DNA from: the human T2T-CHM13v2.0 reference genome, Homo sapiens
DNA length: 64,000 nt
Direction: 5' to 3' (one strand)
Assembly: GCF_009914755.1 (NCBI RefSeq)
Contig: NC_060928.1
A program made the position numbers and the translations under genes. Positions 11,747-35,799 of this stretch are shown here, piece after piece. The stretch's first letter is position 1; each line of letters opens with the position of its first letter. The notes beneath the pieces are model-generated. The model was not told where the DNA came from. It saw only the letters and a list, made by a program, of their open reading frames with translations, and did not search any database.

Positions 11747-13369
11747 CAAAAGTGTTTAAAAATCACTGTAAAATATTCTATAATGCCCTTAATCAGATTC
11801 TAGTAGCATGGTGGGTTACTTACTGATTCAGCCTGGGAGTCTTACCAAGCTAATTTTGGGACAGATCCATCATGGAGGCCATGGGTGTGCAGTACTGAGA
11901 AAGCTTTTAAGCATTTATCACATGAAAGAGGGCACTACCACATTAGCCTGGATCTCATGTACACACATAGATACAGGTTCTCAACCAAGGTTTCCAGGTG
12001 CAAATAGTTAAAAACGTTAGAGTCCATCCTGGACAGGCAGCAAAGAAAATGATATAGCTTTCTGCTCTCTGGGGTCTGAAGCTCCAGCCTGTGTCCCATA
12101 ATGGCTGTCATCTTGTCATTCACTTCACCTTTAGCCCGTGTTTAATAAGCCCCTTTCTGCTAAATATGCTGCCTGACTTCTTGGACCTTCTAATGTCACA
12201 TATTCCAACTGCCCATCCTTGCTCTAGTTGACCTGTTTCCCAATTGTTCTCTCTCTTTCTTCCCAGACTCCTGAAGACTCTCGCTTTTAGCCATATGGGT
12301 GAAGGGTGATCTGCACATCCATTCATGCTCTTAATCAGACAACAGGTACTTGGGAGCACCAACTGTGTATTGGGTAGTGGGCTATGTGCTAGGGATACAA
12401 AGATGATCAAAACATGGTCCTAACTCACAGGTGATGATTGTACAATAAGTGATAAGGTCAAGGTAGCACTGGGCACTATGGGGGACAGAGATGAGGCATC
12501 AAACCAGGCTGGGAAGGGTTCCAGGAGCAAAGCTGCCTTCCTCCGGTTGCCATGTCCCAAAGAGCATCTATTTATAAAGGTGAAATTGAGAATCCTGAAT
12601 AAGTCCTAGAACAAGACCAGAAGGCTTTGTGCTTCTGGGAGAAAATGGATAGGTAGACATGGGCTCTGAGGAGGAAGGAAAGTTCTACACACATTAGAGA
12701 AAATGTTAAGTGTTTAGGTTACTGGGCTTAGAAACAGCATTTGTACATCTTTGTGATGGGGCCTTATTGGCACTCTTTTAAAATTAGTCTTGGGGAACAG
12801 GGTTAAGTGGGGAAAAATATATCAACTAAAATTTGTTTATAATGCATAGGAAAAAATTGTGTGTGTGTGCTGTAGGTATTTTTACTGCCATTTTGGAGGA
12901 GGTTTATGGTTTCCTAACAAGCTCTGATTATTAAAAAGCATGTACTTGTATAGACAAGTTGAGGGAAAAGCCTGATTGACATTAATCTCACACATGTTGC
13001 TGGGAAGAATTTTTTTTCCTGGTTGTCTTTGAAGTGAAGATCAGAGGTGATTCTTTGTTACCGAAAAAACTTTGATGTTTTCCTGCACTACTGCTCACAG
13101 CCAGGATGTAAACACTAACATCCACAATCATTTTATGATTAGAAATTTGTTCAGGAAAACATAATTTGTTATTGCTCAGTTGTGACTTTGAAATGTTCCC
13201 GGGTGTCTTGAAGGGAAAAATAGTTCTAGAACAGAAGCATTGACATCCATTAACGAAGTCTATTTAAAAACTTGTTTAGCTGAAAATGAATGCATCAAAG
13301 TGGCAACAAAAGAACTTGCTTTAGTACAGTTGGAGTGGGAGGGAATCAGGATGCGTCCGACTGCCGAGC

Positions 13370-13572
13370 GCGTGGGACTGAGCCTGAGGTTTTGGAGCTG
13401 GACAGGCTCAGCTTTGAATCCTGGCTCTGTCATTTATTAGCTATATGTCCTAAAGCAACTTACATTATCTCAGGTTCTTCATAAAGAAAATGAGCATAAT
13501 AATATTGTTAGAATTCAGTTCCAGTACGTATTTAAGGTGCCTAATATGAGTAGATGCTCAAAATGGTAGCTA
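13370..13572 (+). mobile_element. MIR
   Basis: tttgaatcctggctctgtcatttattagct...aaaatgagcataataata...gtagatgctcaaaatggtagctat. Confidence 0.7.
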
Positions 13573-14331
13573 TGTTGATCTTGAACAAAGTCATTTCACA
13601 AAATTTTTACTCTGAAGTGTCAAATGATATGGCATGAGTTTTAAATGTACTAAATGGTCCAAATGTCTTACCTTGCACAACTCCTCCTGGTATGATATTG
13701 GCTTCTGTTTTTCCTGATTGATATAGAAGGCTGAAGGTGCTAGAATGTGACTCATCGAAGTGCATGGGTGAGACCTGGCAGAGACCCTTTGGACCAGTCC
13801 CACGTGTTGACATATATACCTGTGGTTTTCCATATGCTATATTGACAGATGCACAGATGATTTCTGGTTATTGCTGGCTGTTTCTCACAAATGCTATCCT
13901 CTCCTTAATTTATAACCTAATAGATACAGAAAGAGGTGAAAGTAGTGCCTATACTTTAATCAGCTGAATGGTCCTCCAAGCTATGAGAAAATCCTACTGT
14001 GCCACTAAACTTCCAGAGAAAATAATAGGGAATTGATGGAGGAGAGAAACCCCTTTCTGGCCCACCAGCACAACCAAATCCATCCACCCAACCTTTCATC
14101 CACTAACATGTGCTCAGCAGTGGGGGACGCAATGTGAAGCAGATATCTGCCCTCACAGAGTTGACAAGCTGGGGATCACAGGGTCAACTGATTTGTTAGA
14201 CAGAATGCCTTCATATCAGGTGAGGAAAAGAACATTTCATCCCAAATATGCACTCTTTATAGAAAACTTAAAAAAAAACACAAATAAATGAAGAAAATGA
14301 TAATCGCCTTTAACTTACTTCCTAGAAATAA

Positions 14332-14688
<357 letters not shown>

Positions 14689-15437
14689 TCCTCCTTAAGG
14701 TCTTTGTGTTTGTGTATGTGTGTCTAACATGCAATCCATATTTTCTGTCTTGTTTTATTATTCACTTAATATTATATCATGAGCAGTTTCCTGTGCTGTT
14801 AAATATCTTTAAAAATATGATTTTTAGTGGTTGCTTGATGTTCCATTTCATGGATCTACAAAATTAATTTTTACCATTTAGACTGCTTTTTTCCTTATTG
14901 TTTGCTACTGTAGTTAATAGTAAAATAACATCTTTAAACCAAAAATTGTGCCCAAATCTCCAGTTTTTCTTTAGGGTATATTTCTATAGGTGTAAATTTT
15001 TGGATCACTGGATATGAAAGTTTTGTTGCTTTTGCCAAATTACTTTCCAGAATGGGAAATATTTGGTTCTAGAACATCTGGATAATTTAAGCAGTGGTTT
15101 GGTTTAGTACTTGCTGTCATGTAAATCAATCACAATGACATACTTAGCTGAATGATGGTGCTTTTTTTTTTTACAGGTGAGTTTGGACAGAAGCTTTTTA
15201 AATTACAGGTTACAGAGGGTGGCTTTGAGGACCCATGCTGAAAACAATGGTCCTTTTTTAGTGTTTTTCTTTTTCTTTTTTCCCTTTCTTTCTCCTCGCC
15301 TTTCTCATTCCCTCTTCCTCTTTTATTCACAGCAATTCAAACTTCCCCATCTCCACCCATGCTCTTCCACTTATGCTGGTAACCCACATTCACAGCCTGG
15401 TATGTCTCCTTCCATAATTTTCCTCTTATACATGTAA

Positions 15438-15737
<300 letters not shown>

Positions 15738-16079
15738 ATTGTACATGTAATTTATGCACATATATATGCACACACATGCATACATAATGTCACTATCTTA
15801 CAGAAATGATGTTTCATTATACTTTTCCATGTTTGAAAAAAAAAAAAAGGTGAAAGGAAAGCAGTGTCTGGTGGTGAATTCAGCGGTGATTTTCTGGCGG
15901 CCATTGCCAGAGGCGCAGCTTAGAGCCAACTGCTCCAGCCCTTTCAATAATAGGTGCTTAAAAATTATTTTGTATTTCAGGTTGGGTGGTTCATGTTTCC
16001 TGCACTGCAACCTGATATATACACTTCATTTAATATGTCTTTTACATTATAATTCCTGGTGTTCCATTCCTTTCTAATT

Positions 16080-16447
16080 ACCTTAGTCTGTTCTAGCTGC
16101 TATAATAATATACCATAGACTGAGTGGCTTACAAACAACAGAAATTTATTTCTCACAGTTCTGGAGGCCAAAAGTCCAAGATCAAGACTCTGGCTGATTC
16201 AGTGTTTCGTGAGGGCTGCTTCCTCACAGATGACAGCCTCCTTCTCACTCTAACTTAGCATAGCAGAAGGGATGAGGGACATCTCTAGGGCCTCTTTCAC
16301 AAGGGTGCTCACCCCATTCACAAGGGCTCCACCCTTTCGACTTAATCACCTCACAAAGGCCAGATCTTCTAATGCTATCACCTTAGGGATGAGAATTTCA
16401 ACATATAAATTTTGAGAGAACATAAACATTCTGCCCAACCATAACAC
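16080..16447 (-). mobile_element. MaLR LTR (MLT1A/MSTD-like)
   Basis: cttagtctgtt..gctgctataa..agaaatttatttctcacagttctggaggc..aagtccaagatcaag. Confidence 0.85.
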
Positions 16448-16784
16448 AAATTAAAACAGAATAATTTCTCTTTTTTAAACCTGAATCCTGACCTTATTCA
16501 ATCGCCCTTTTCCAATTCCCACCACTGATATATGTCATTGCTCTTTAAAATTTTTGCCAGTCTGATGGGTATAAAATAATATCTCAGTATTGGTGAATTT
16601 TGGTCTTCTCTGATAACTAGTGAGTTTAAACATATTTTCTTTAAAAATTGCCATTCATGTTTCTTTTTCTGTAAATGCCTATTGATATCCTTGGCCATTT
16701 TTCTTTTCAATTGCTTACTTGTTTCTTATCCATCTTTAATAGCTCCTAATGTATTTTAAATTATATGTCTTTGTCTATCATCAG

Positions 16785-17605
16785 TGTGGAAGTTCCCAGC
16801 TCACAGCCCCCAAATATGTTGCTTTTGAATGAACTTTGTTTGCTGGACATGATTTTGCCAGTTGATGTAGAGAAACCCTTGATATAGAACCCCTTCTATG
16901 TACTCTTTTGACCACAGGTGCTGGCAAGATAAAGACCACATTCACAGATTCTCCTGTAGCTAGGAATCTTTTATTATTATTATTATTATTTGAGACAGGG
17001 TCACCCAGGCTGTAGTGCAATGGTACAATCATAGCTCACTGTAGCCTTGAGTTCCTGGCTCAAGCAATCCTCTCTCCTCAGCCTCCTAAGTAGCAAAAAC
17101 TACAGGCATGCGCCATCACTCCCGGCTAATTTCAAAAATATTCTTAACAAAATAAATAAAATAAAATCCTGTCTCACTATGTTTGCTCAGGCTGCAGCAA
17201 GAAATGTGGCATGAGTTAGGTTGCATCAAAGGGATGCATTCTTGCAAGACCTGGAAGATGGAAGGGAGGCAGAAGCCATCTTCTTCTATTTCTCCTGTAA
17301 AGCAAGTTTAGAGAATTATGAATGTTTGTAAGCAGACTCTGCATTCCAGTGTCTGATCATCCCCTTCCTGACTTTGAGAACTGAAGAAGCAGCAGTGATA
17401 GTAGCAATAGCTTTCTGACGTCTCTTTGTAATTTTGTTGATGTGTCCTTGAAATGGGTCATACGGTGGCAGACATCTGACTTCTGGTTCTTGTTCTGTAA
17501 CCTTCCGATACTTTTGTAAACTCCTAATTTCCTGTATTAAACTCTTCACTTCTTAAAATATCTAGGGTGGTTCATGTTTCCTGCACTATATTCTCACTGA
17601 CGCAC
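16785..17605 (+). mobile_element. Old ERVL LTR (LTR33-like) with an Alu fragment at ~16970-17195
   Basis: Ends gggtggttcatgtttcctgcact, a 23-mer also present at 15984-16006 in another fragment. Confidence 0.45.
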
Positions 17606-17866
17606 TTTGTTTTGTTTAATGTATCTTTTACTCTGTAAAGTTCAAAATTTTTATACAGTCAAATATTTCTATTATTTTTACTGCATGGTTTATGAGATTC
17701 CTGACTTGGTTAAAAAACATCTGTGACCCTAGATTATACCATACATGGAGTCCAGATTATCTTTTACATTTTTATAATTTAACTTTTTATTTTACATTTT
17801 TATTTACCCTGGAATTTAGTTTTAATATTATGTAAGATAAAGCCTGAATATTACTTCTTTAGGTGG

Positions 17867-18589
<723 letters not shown>

Positions 18590-18689
18590 AGTGCATAGAC
18601 AATTGAATTAGCATTATTTATAACTTAATCATTTCTCTTGTTGAATTGAAATACCACTTGATCATGTAAAAATGTATATATGTATAAGG

Positions 18690-18924
18690 CTCACTGTAGC
18701 CTTGGCCTCTGGGGCTCAAGCAATCCTCCCACCTCAGCCTCCTGAGTAGCTGGGACTACTTGGGGATGCACCACCATGGTCAGCTATTTTTTTTTTCTTT
18801 TTCGTAGAGATGTGATCTTGCTATGTTGATTGGGCTGGTCTTGAACTCCTGGCCTTAAGCAATCCTCCTGCCCTCCAACCTCCCAAAGTGCTGGGATTAC
18901 AGGTGCGAGCCACCTCACCTAGCT
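18690..18924 (-). mobile_element. AluJ-like, partial
   Basis: Reverse Alu lacking its 3' end. Confidence 0.9.
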
Positions 18925-21062
18925 GAGGTTTTTTTGTTCTTGTTGTTTAATTTTTGTGGGTACATAGCCGGTGTTTGTATTCATGGGGTTCATGAGATAG
19001 TTTGATTCGGGTGTGCAATATGTAATAATTGCATTATGGTAAATGGGGCATCCATCCCTCCATTATTTGTCCTTTGTATTACAAACAATACAGTTATACT
19101 CTTTTAGTAATTTTTAAATGTATAATTAAATTATTATTGACTATAGTTACCCTGTTGTGCTATCAAATACTAGGTCTTAGTCATTCTTTCTAACTACTTT
19201 TTGTACTCATTAACCATCCCCATTTCTCCCTCTGCTATTCTCCCATCCTGCCCACTACTCTTCCCAGACTCTGGAAACTGTCTTTCTACTCTCTGTCTCC
19301 ATGACTTTAATTGTTTTAATTTTTAGCTCCCACAAATAAGTGAGAACATGTGAAGTTTGTCTTTCTGTGCCCGACTTATTTCACTTAACATAATGACCTC
19401 CAATTTGATCTATGTTTTGCAAATGACAGGATCTCATTCTTTTTTTTTTTTTTTTTACGGCTGAATAGTACTCTATTGTGTATATGTACCATATTTTCTT
19501 TATCCATTCATTTGTTGGTGGACACCTGCATTAATTCCAAATCTTGGCTATTGTAAACAGTGCTGCAACAAACATGGGAGTGTAGATATCCCTTTGATAT
19601 CCTAATTTCCTTTCTTTGGGGTATATACCCAGCAGTCGGATTGCTGCTTTATATGGTAACTATATTTTTAGTTTCTTGAAGAACCTCTAAACTGTTCTGC
19701 ATAATGGCCATACTAATTTATATTGCCACAAACAGCGTATGAGGGTTTACTTTTCTCCAAATCATCGCTAGCATTAGTTATTGCCTGTCTTTTAGATAAA
19801 AGCCATTTTAAGTGGGGTGAGATGACATCTCATTGTAATGTTGAGCACCTTTTAATATGCCAGTTTGCCATTTGTATGTCTTCTTTTGAGAAGTGCCTTT
19901 TTAGAGCTTTTGCCCTTTTTGAATCAGATTATTAGATTTTTTCCTATAGAGTTGTTTGAGCTCCTTATATATGCTGATTATTAATCCCTTGTCAGGTGGG
20001 TAGTCTGCAAATATTTTCTCTCATTCTGTGGATTCTCTCTTCACTTTGTTGATTTTTTCCTAGCTGTGCAGAAGCTTTTTAACTTGATGTGATCCTATTT
20101 TTGTTTTGGTTGTCTGTGCTTATGGAATATTACTCAAACATTTTTTGCCCAGACCAATGTCCCGGAGAGTTTCCCCAATGTTTTCATTTAATACTTGATA
20201 GTTTGAGGTGTTATATTTAAGTCTTTAATCAATTTTGATTTGGTTTTCATATGTGATGAGAGGTATGGGTATAGTTTTATTCCTTTACATGTGGATATCC
20301 TGTTTCCCCAGCACCATTATCGAAGAGATTGTCTTTTCCCAAATGTATGTTCTTGGCATCTTTGTCAAAAATGAGTTCACTGTAGGTATATAGATTTGTT
20401 TCTGGGCTGTCTATTCTGTTCCACTGGTCTACATGTCTGCTTTTGGCCATACCATTGCTGTTTTGGGTACTGTATCTCTGTAGTGCAATTTGAAGTCAGG
20501 TAATGTGATTTCTCCAATTGTTCTTTTTGCTTAAGGTAGCTTTGGCTATTCTCGGTCTTTTGTGGTTCCAAGTAAATTTTAAGGTTTCTATTTCTGTGAA
20601 GAATGTCATTGGTATTTTGATAGGGATTGCATTAAATCTGCAGATTCCTTTGGGTAGTACAGACATTTTAACAATACTGATTATTCCATCCATGAAAATG
20701 AAATATCTTTTCATTTTTTTCTGTGTATGTCCTCTTCAGTTTCTTTCATCAGTGCTTTATAGCTTTCATTGTAGAGATCTTGCACTTCTTTGGTTAACGC
20801 CTAAGTGCTTGATTTTATTTGTGGGTATTGTAAATGGGTTACTTTTTAATTTTTTTTTGAGGATTGTTCACTGTTGGCATATAGAAATGATACTGATTTT
20901 TGTATGTTGATTTTGTATCCTGCAACTTTACTCAATAGTTTATCAATTCTAATAGTTTTTTGGTGGAGTCTAGGTTTTTCTAAATATAAGATTATATCAG
21001 CTGCAAATAAGGATAATTTGACTTCTTACTTTCCATTTTCGATGCCTTTCAGTTTTTTCTCT

Positions 21063-27184
<6,122 letters not shown>

Positions 27185-27857
27185 TTAATGTCAGTTTTTT
27201 TCTCTTGTCTGATCGTTCTAGCTAGAAATTTCAGTATTATGTTGAATAACAGTGGTGAAAGTGGGCATCCTTGTTGTGTTCCAGATCTTAGAGGAAAGAC
27301 TTTCAGATTTTCCCCATTCAGCATGATACTAGCTGTGAGTCTGTCATGTATGGCTTTTATTATGTTGAAATATGTTTCTTCTATACCCACCAGCTGAGAT
27401 TTTTTAAATGTCTTTAATATTTATTGGTTCTGATGGATTTTTGTTTGTTTATTTATTTTTTGCTGTCTAACATCTAAACTACCTTCCTGTTTGAAGAATT
27501 TTCTGTTGCATTAGTTAGTCTTGGCCAAAGGCAGTGCCTGTCTTCCATTATAATAGCTGAAATGATCAAACATATGCGTTCCTCTACCTACTAACATCTA
27601 GGATCTGGGAAAATGCTATGTGTTCAGTGAAGGAGGGCCTCTTGCCTAGTATTTTAAACCTAGAGCAAATTAGCAAAGAATCAAGGAAGTATAGAGTTTT
27701 GTTTTGTTTTTCTATATGTGGCAATGGTCCAAGAAATAGCATCAAGTGTCTAGGGACTGCAATGTCTAGTTATATGATATCCTCTCCAGTTATAGCATCA
27801 TTTTGTCTTTAGAGTTTTAAAAAACTCATTGCTAAATTCAATGAGCTAAATCTTTTA

Positions 27858-28393
<536 letters not shown>

Positions 28394-29214
28394 TTTTGGC
28401 TATTTGCATATATATGCATAAGTGAGATTGGCTGGTAACTCTTTTCTTGCCCTGTGGCTTTTTTCAGTTTTTATAACTGAAATTTCAGTTTTTGTAACTG
28501 ATTTTGTAAAGTAAGCCAAAATCATTTTCTGTTGCTTGAGCAAAGGAACCCTGGCTGACAAAGTGTTCTCTTCAGATCTTGTTTTTCATGTAATTTGGTA
28601 ATTCATAATTTTCTATTTGTTTCAAGTAGAATCAAGATTCTGTTTTTTTTTTTAATCTGTAATCTTGACTAGAGGTCACTTGTTTGATTTTGCATGTGTG
28701 TGTGTGTGTGTGTTTGTGTGTGTTGCCAATACACTAAGTTCCTAACTTTGTTTTCATTTTTTGGAATTAATTTGTTATAAAAATGTATTCTTGACTTATT
28801 CCTGAAGAGCAGATAGATATTCATAGGTGGTTAGCATCATCTCTAGTGGCTTCCAGCTGTCCCATAATTACTCTCTGGGCAAAGATCCTCATCTCAGTGC
28901 AGAGAAAGTACCCATGCCCTAGGAGAGTGCCTCTGCGCAGCATCTTCATTAATTCAGAGAGGACTGTGGAGATCTCCTCTGGGAGAAGACTGGGGGTTTC
29001 TGTATGGACAAATGTCCCTAATTACCATATGACTCAGGAGAGATTGTCACAGACAGAATTTCACAAAATGGGATTGTTCCCACCCATTCCCTGTTTCCTT
29101 CTCCTGCCCTTGTCTTGCCTTTGTCTGGCCACCTTCTCCCCGTTCCCAACTCCAAGTCCTGTCTTGGCTTGCTGATTTTTGGGAATTTGGGATCCAAAGT
29201 AGAGAGAATGATGC

Positions 29215-29470
29215 CCAGGCCAAGACCTAGCTACTTAGGAGACTGAAGCAGGAGGATCCCTTGAGCCCAGGAGTTCAAGTCCAGCCTGGGCAACATGGTA
29301 GGACCCATCTCAGAAACAGAGAAAGAGAGAGAAAGGGAGAGAGAGAGAGAAAGGGAGAGAGAGAGAAAGAGAGAGAGAGAGAGAAGAAAGAGAGAACAAG
29401 AGAATGGGTATGAATGACAGAGTAAAAAAGAAGGTAGGAAAGAGAAAATAAGGCTTCTGAGAAAGGGAGG
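29215..29470 (+). mobile_element. Alu monomer with expanded (GA)n tail
   Basis: gctacttaggagactgaagcaggaggatcccttgagcccaggagttcaagtccagcctgggcaac followed by GA repeats. Confidence 0.8.
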
Positions 29471-29829
29471 AGCATCAGGACTTAGAATAGGACCACCAGG
29501 TTCTAAGGCAGTGTTAGAATGCAAGCAATAGGAGCCCTGCTGAGATGATGGGGAATTATTGCTGTGGGATATTAATTGGATTTCTTTACTGTTCTTCCAA
29601 AATACAATCAATGACTATAATTACCTTTTAATGACCTGATTTCTTGACTTTTTTCCTTAAATATGCTTAATGTTTAATTCAGCAATATGAGCCCCAGGTT
29701 CATTTTTAAGGAGCTGAGCATAGATTGGCTTCTCCTTGGTTGGCACTTTTCATCTTTCATTTGTGCTAGACTTTACAGTGAGGCTCAAGAACTCCATGTA
29801 CTATGCATTGAGTATTGTTGAAAAAATCT

Positions 29830-29995
29830 TCTTGTTGTTATTGTTATTGAGATAGGGTCTTGCTTTGTTCCCTAGGCTGGAGTGCAATGGTAAGATCACA
29901 GGTCACTGCAGCCTCAACTTCCTGCGCTCAAGCAATCCTCCCACCTTGCTCTCCCAAAGTGCTAGGATTACAGGCATGAGCCACCATGCCAGGCT
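29830..29995 (-). mobile_element. Alu monomer or deleted AluJ
   Basis: Reverse Alu motifs. Confidence 0.8.
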
Positions 29996-30059
29996 GTTCA
30001 GTAATTCTTGAAATATATTTTATCAGAGGTCATGGAGATCTTCAGAACTTGTATTTCAT

Positions 30060-30560
30060 TGTGGCATTGTTTCCTAACTACCCCCAATATCCTTTTCCCC
30101 TTTCTTCCTTACTAATAAAATTCCCAATGTTTAGGTTGTATCAGTGATGCAGAATAAGGATTACATTTTCTAGCTTCCCTTACAGCTAGGTGTAGGCACA
30201 TGAGTAAGTTTCAGCAATGGGATCTACGTGGAAGTTGTATGTGGTCCTTCCAGGAAATGTCTTTCAAAGGAGTATCCACCCTTCTTTAGGTCTTCCCATC
30301 TTTCTGTTGGTTGAAATGTAGGCATAGTGTTTGGAGCTGAGCAGCAAACTTGGACCACAGAGTAAAGAGCCAAATTTTGAGGATGGTGGAAGAACAAAAC
30401 ACAAGAATTCTGAATACTTAATAATTGTGGAGTCACCCTATCAGCTGGGCCTGTTTTCCTATGGCCTTTTTACATGTATAAGAAAAGAAATTTTTGTCTT
30501 TTAAACCACTGTTTCTTGGGTCTTCTGTTATATGCAGCCAAATCTAGCTCTAAATTATAT
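30060..30560 (+). mobile_element. Old MaLR LTR (MLT1J-like)
   Basis: ttacattttctagcttcccttacagctagg..taaaccactg..ttctgttatatgcagccaaa. Confidence 0.6.
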
Positions 30561-30718
30561 ATATCAGGTATGCAACCATATATTTTTTGATATGACAAAA
30601 AAGCACACTTCATTTCTGTTTGTTTGTTATGTATATTGCCTAGTCCTTGGAAATCCCAAAGAATGTGGCATCACAGTTGCAGACTGAATAACTGGAGAAC
30701 TATTTAAGAGTATAAATG

Positions 30719-30942
<224 letters not shown>

Positions 30943-31089
30943 GAGTATAAGTGGCAAAGTATGCAAGATGATTATTGTTAACACTGATGGGGGCCTAACC
31001 AACAGCAGGAGCGTCCATTCTTCTGATAGAAACTTGATATTTTTCAGATATTCACCCACCCCTGTCAACACAGTGCAGGGAAAGCTGAC

Positions 31090-31760
<671 letters not shown>

Positions 31761-32199
31761 CACCTCTTCCCAGCTCTTGGGATGATCTAAGTGTTATCTC
31801 ACATTTCTGGCAAGAATTTGGTACATGAATGGCTACATGACCCAAGGTGGGCTACTTAGACTCAAGAAGCAGTTTTCTGGACCTTCTAGGAAAGTTACTT
31901 CTCACTTCCTTGGAAAGTTTCTGAAAGCGACCCTTTCTCCCTTTGCTTGGCTATTGCTGTTCAGATCCAAGGCCCGACACTGCTGTAACCATCAGCACAT
32001 GCTTGAAGATGATGCTGACACAGAGGACAGCAAAGCCAGTCAAGTCACAAGCACATGGAGTCATAGGCACTGGATTTAATACTTTTGAAGCAGGTTCTAC
32101 TTCAGGACTTTCAGTGAGGTAAATCGATCAATTTCCAGGTAAGTGATATTGAATTGGATTCTCTACTACTTGCAGTAAAAAATATTCTAAGCTGATATG

Positions 32200-32960
<761 letters not shown>

Positions 32961-33582
32961 GCAAGCTATAATTCACTTTACATTTTGTCTACCTAGGCCA
33001 CAATGCCAACACTGTAAGTTTTTTTTAAAATAAAAGTCACTTACAACATTTAAAAAAATAAAGTATTATTCATCTTGGTAGTATTCGAGTTCCTTACATA
33101 AATTATTTTACTTAGCCTCACAGCAACTTCATTTAAATAAGCTACTATCCCCATTTTACAGAAAAGAAGAACTAAAGAACTAAAATTCGTGTCTTCATTT
33201 CATAGGTTAAGGAAAGAACTGCTACATCTTTACAAGCTAGCAAATGTTAAGGGCTGGGACTTGAGCCCAGATTTGCTTCAGCCCAAAGCCTGACTCACGC
33301 CATTACACTCTGCCAGCCCATGCTGTTCCTTGTCTTTGATAGTGTCTAACAAAGACACACACTGGAGAAATGCCCCAGCTACTATTTGCAGCCACACTGT
33401 TCACACAAATGATGTACATTAAAAATATATGTGACATATGTTATTCAATATACTGTTTATGAATAAAATTCAGTTAATAAAATAACATGTACAGTATGAT
33501 GCCATTTATTAGCTATATTCCAAAATGTTAACAGTAGGAGGGACTATAGAATATGTATTTTTAATGTACTGACATAACTCAA

Positions 33583-34077
33583 GCATGGCAGAGATGGCTG
33601 GCTGAAACTCATGTTTCCCTCTTCCTTAGTTTGGAGTTATCACTTGGACACAGATGTCCAATCAGGGACTACATTTCCCAGCCTCCTTTGCATTCAGATC
33701 AGAACATATGGCTAATTCTCACCAATGCAATGTGAGCAAAAGTGATGTATTACTTCCGGGGTGGGGCTTTTTTATGCTTCCCTCCACCCTCTGTTAGCTG
33801 GGTGCAGAGGATTCCAAGGAAACAGAAGCTATTAGACCCTCAACTTGAAAAGATCCTAGGTTCCTAAATGACAATGTGGAGGAACAGCCACTGTCTGAAC
33901 TCAACTGTTCAATTACAGAACTGAACTGTTCAGTTTGGTTACCCACCTGAACTGTTACATGAGCAAGAAATAAACTGTTACCTGAACTATTACATGAGCA
34001 AGAAATAGACTGTTGTGCTATGTCATGGAAATTTGGGGGTTATTTGTTATAGCAGCTAACGTTACCCTACCTAATAT
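33583..34077 (+). mobile_element. Old MaLR LTR (MLT1H-like) with an internal 35-bp tandem duplication
   Basis: actacatttcccagcctcctttgca..atgagcaagaaataaact..ttatttgttatagcagc. Confidence 0.7.
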
Positions 34078-34604
34078 GAGTAATACATACTGACAATTAC
34101 ACTTTTAATTTTCTTCTTTTTATACATGTGTGATTTTAAAAATAATGATAAACAACATTTTTGGGATTCAAAGTTGTAGTTACAGCAAGGAGTCTCCTTA
34201 CTGGTTTTTAACTCTCAAAACTCGCATCGTTTAATGAAAACTAGAGGGATCTATGAAGGAAGGAATAAAAAAGGCTGGCAGATTGACTAGCTGCCTCTCA
34301 ACATTTCTTTTTACATGAAAGCTGACCATGCATAGAAAGCCATCTAAATATCCTTCAGTTATTACTGCACCAGAGGGACAAATCAGTGTCAAAAATTTGG
34401 GAACTTGTTACCCAAAATTTTGCTTTTTCTTGAGTTGAATGGCATTCTTCACATAATAAGTACGTGTGAACATGGGTCGACAGATTGCAAAGTGCTCTTA
34501 AGGGCATAAAGAAGAATGAATAAAAGATTTTCCTGTCCTCTGTCATGGTACCTTGCATGGATGAAGCTTAATGTAATACCTAATTAGCTACAAAAGAATC
34601 ACAG

Positions 34605-35012
<408 letters not shown>

Positions 35013-35799
35013 TCACCGTGAGGCTGCATGAGAACCCTGAAGAGTATATGACAGCCACATTGTAGATGGGTTTTAATAGGTTTAAGGTTTCATCAAAAAT
35101 GAAAAAGAAGATGAAAGAAAAACCTGTAATTACTTCAACAGAAGAAACCAGAATAGTTTAATTACTTGGAATGAGAATTAAAGCACAAAATAAATATTTG
35201 GTGAGAGTTTAGCTATAAATACAGGGGAATATTTCATGGGCAAGATCAAGGTAAAATTATCATTTTTATTTCTCATGGTTCAGTGATTACTGCGTTGTTT
35301 GCTTTTAGTGTCTGTATGACGACAGAGATAGATCTTTGTGGACAGAGGTTTTGTTTCAAATGGATCATTCCCGCTTCCTGGCTATGTCCACACAAAACCA
35401 AAATATCTAGATAAGTGCTATCAAGCTGAAAAAATGGCAAATGATGTCAAGGTTTCTGGTGTTTCTAAATATCTTAGTGTTTGTACAAATGTTTCCAAAT
35501 ATGTAGATGTAGGCATTGGCAGTTTAGTTGACAAAACTCAGATAAGTACTGGACTTTCTATTTTTAGCATACTTATTTTTAGCACAAGATTCTACCTATG
35601 CTTAGTAATGGATGATAGAGTAACTGCTTCAAATTCTTGACCCCAGGAAAGGCCCACATATTCAAGGAGGTCTGGGAAAAGCCGCTTATCCCTTCAGCCG
35701 TCTATGGGTCACCATTTCCCTGTCACATGAAATCTAGTAAGTCCTGCAAATAGTCCTGAGTTATTACTGTCCTAGAGAGGCAAAGGCACACCAAAGATG

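Noticed and set aside
15984-17586. Exact 23-mer gggtggttcatgtttcctgcact repeated ~1.6 kb apart
   Set aside because: Best explained as the 3' ends of two related old LTR fragments; the flanks do not align well.
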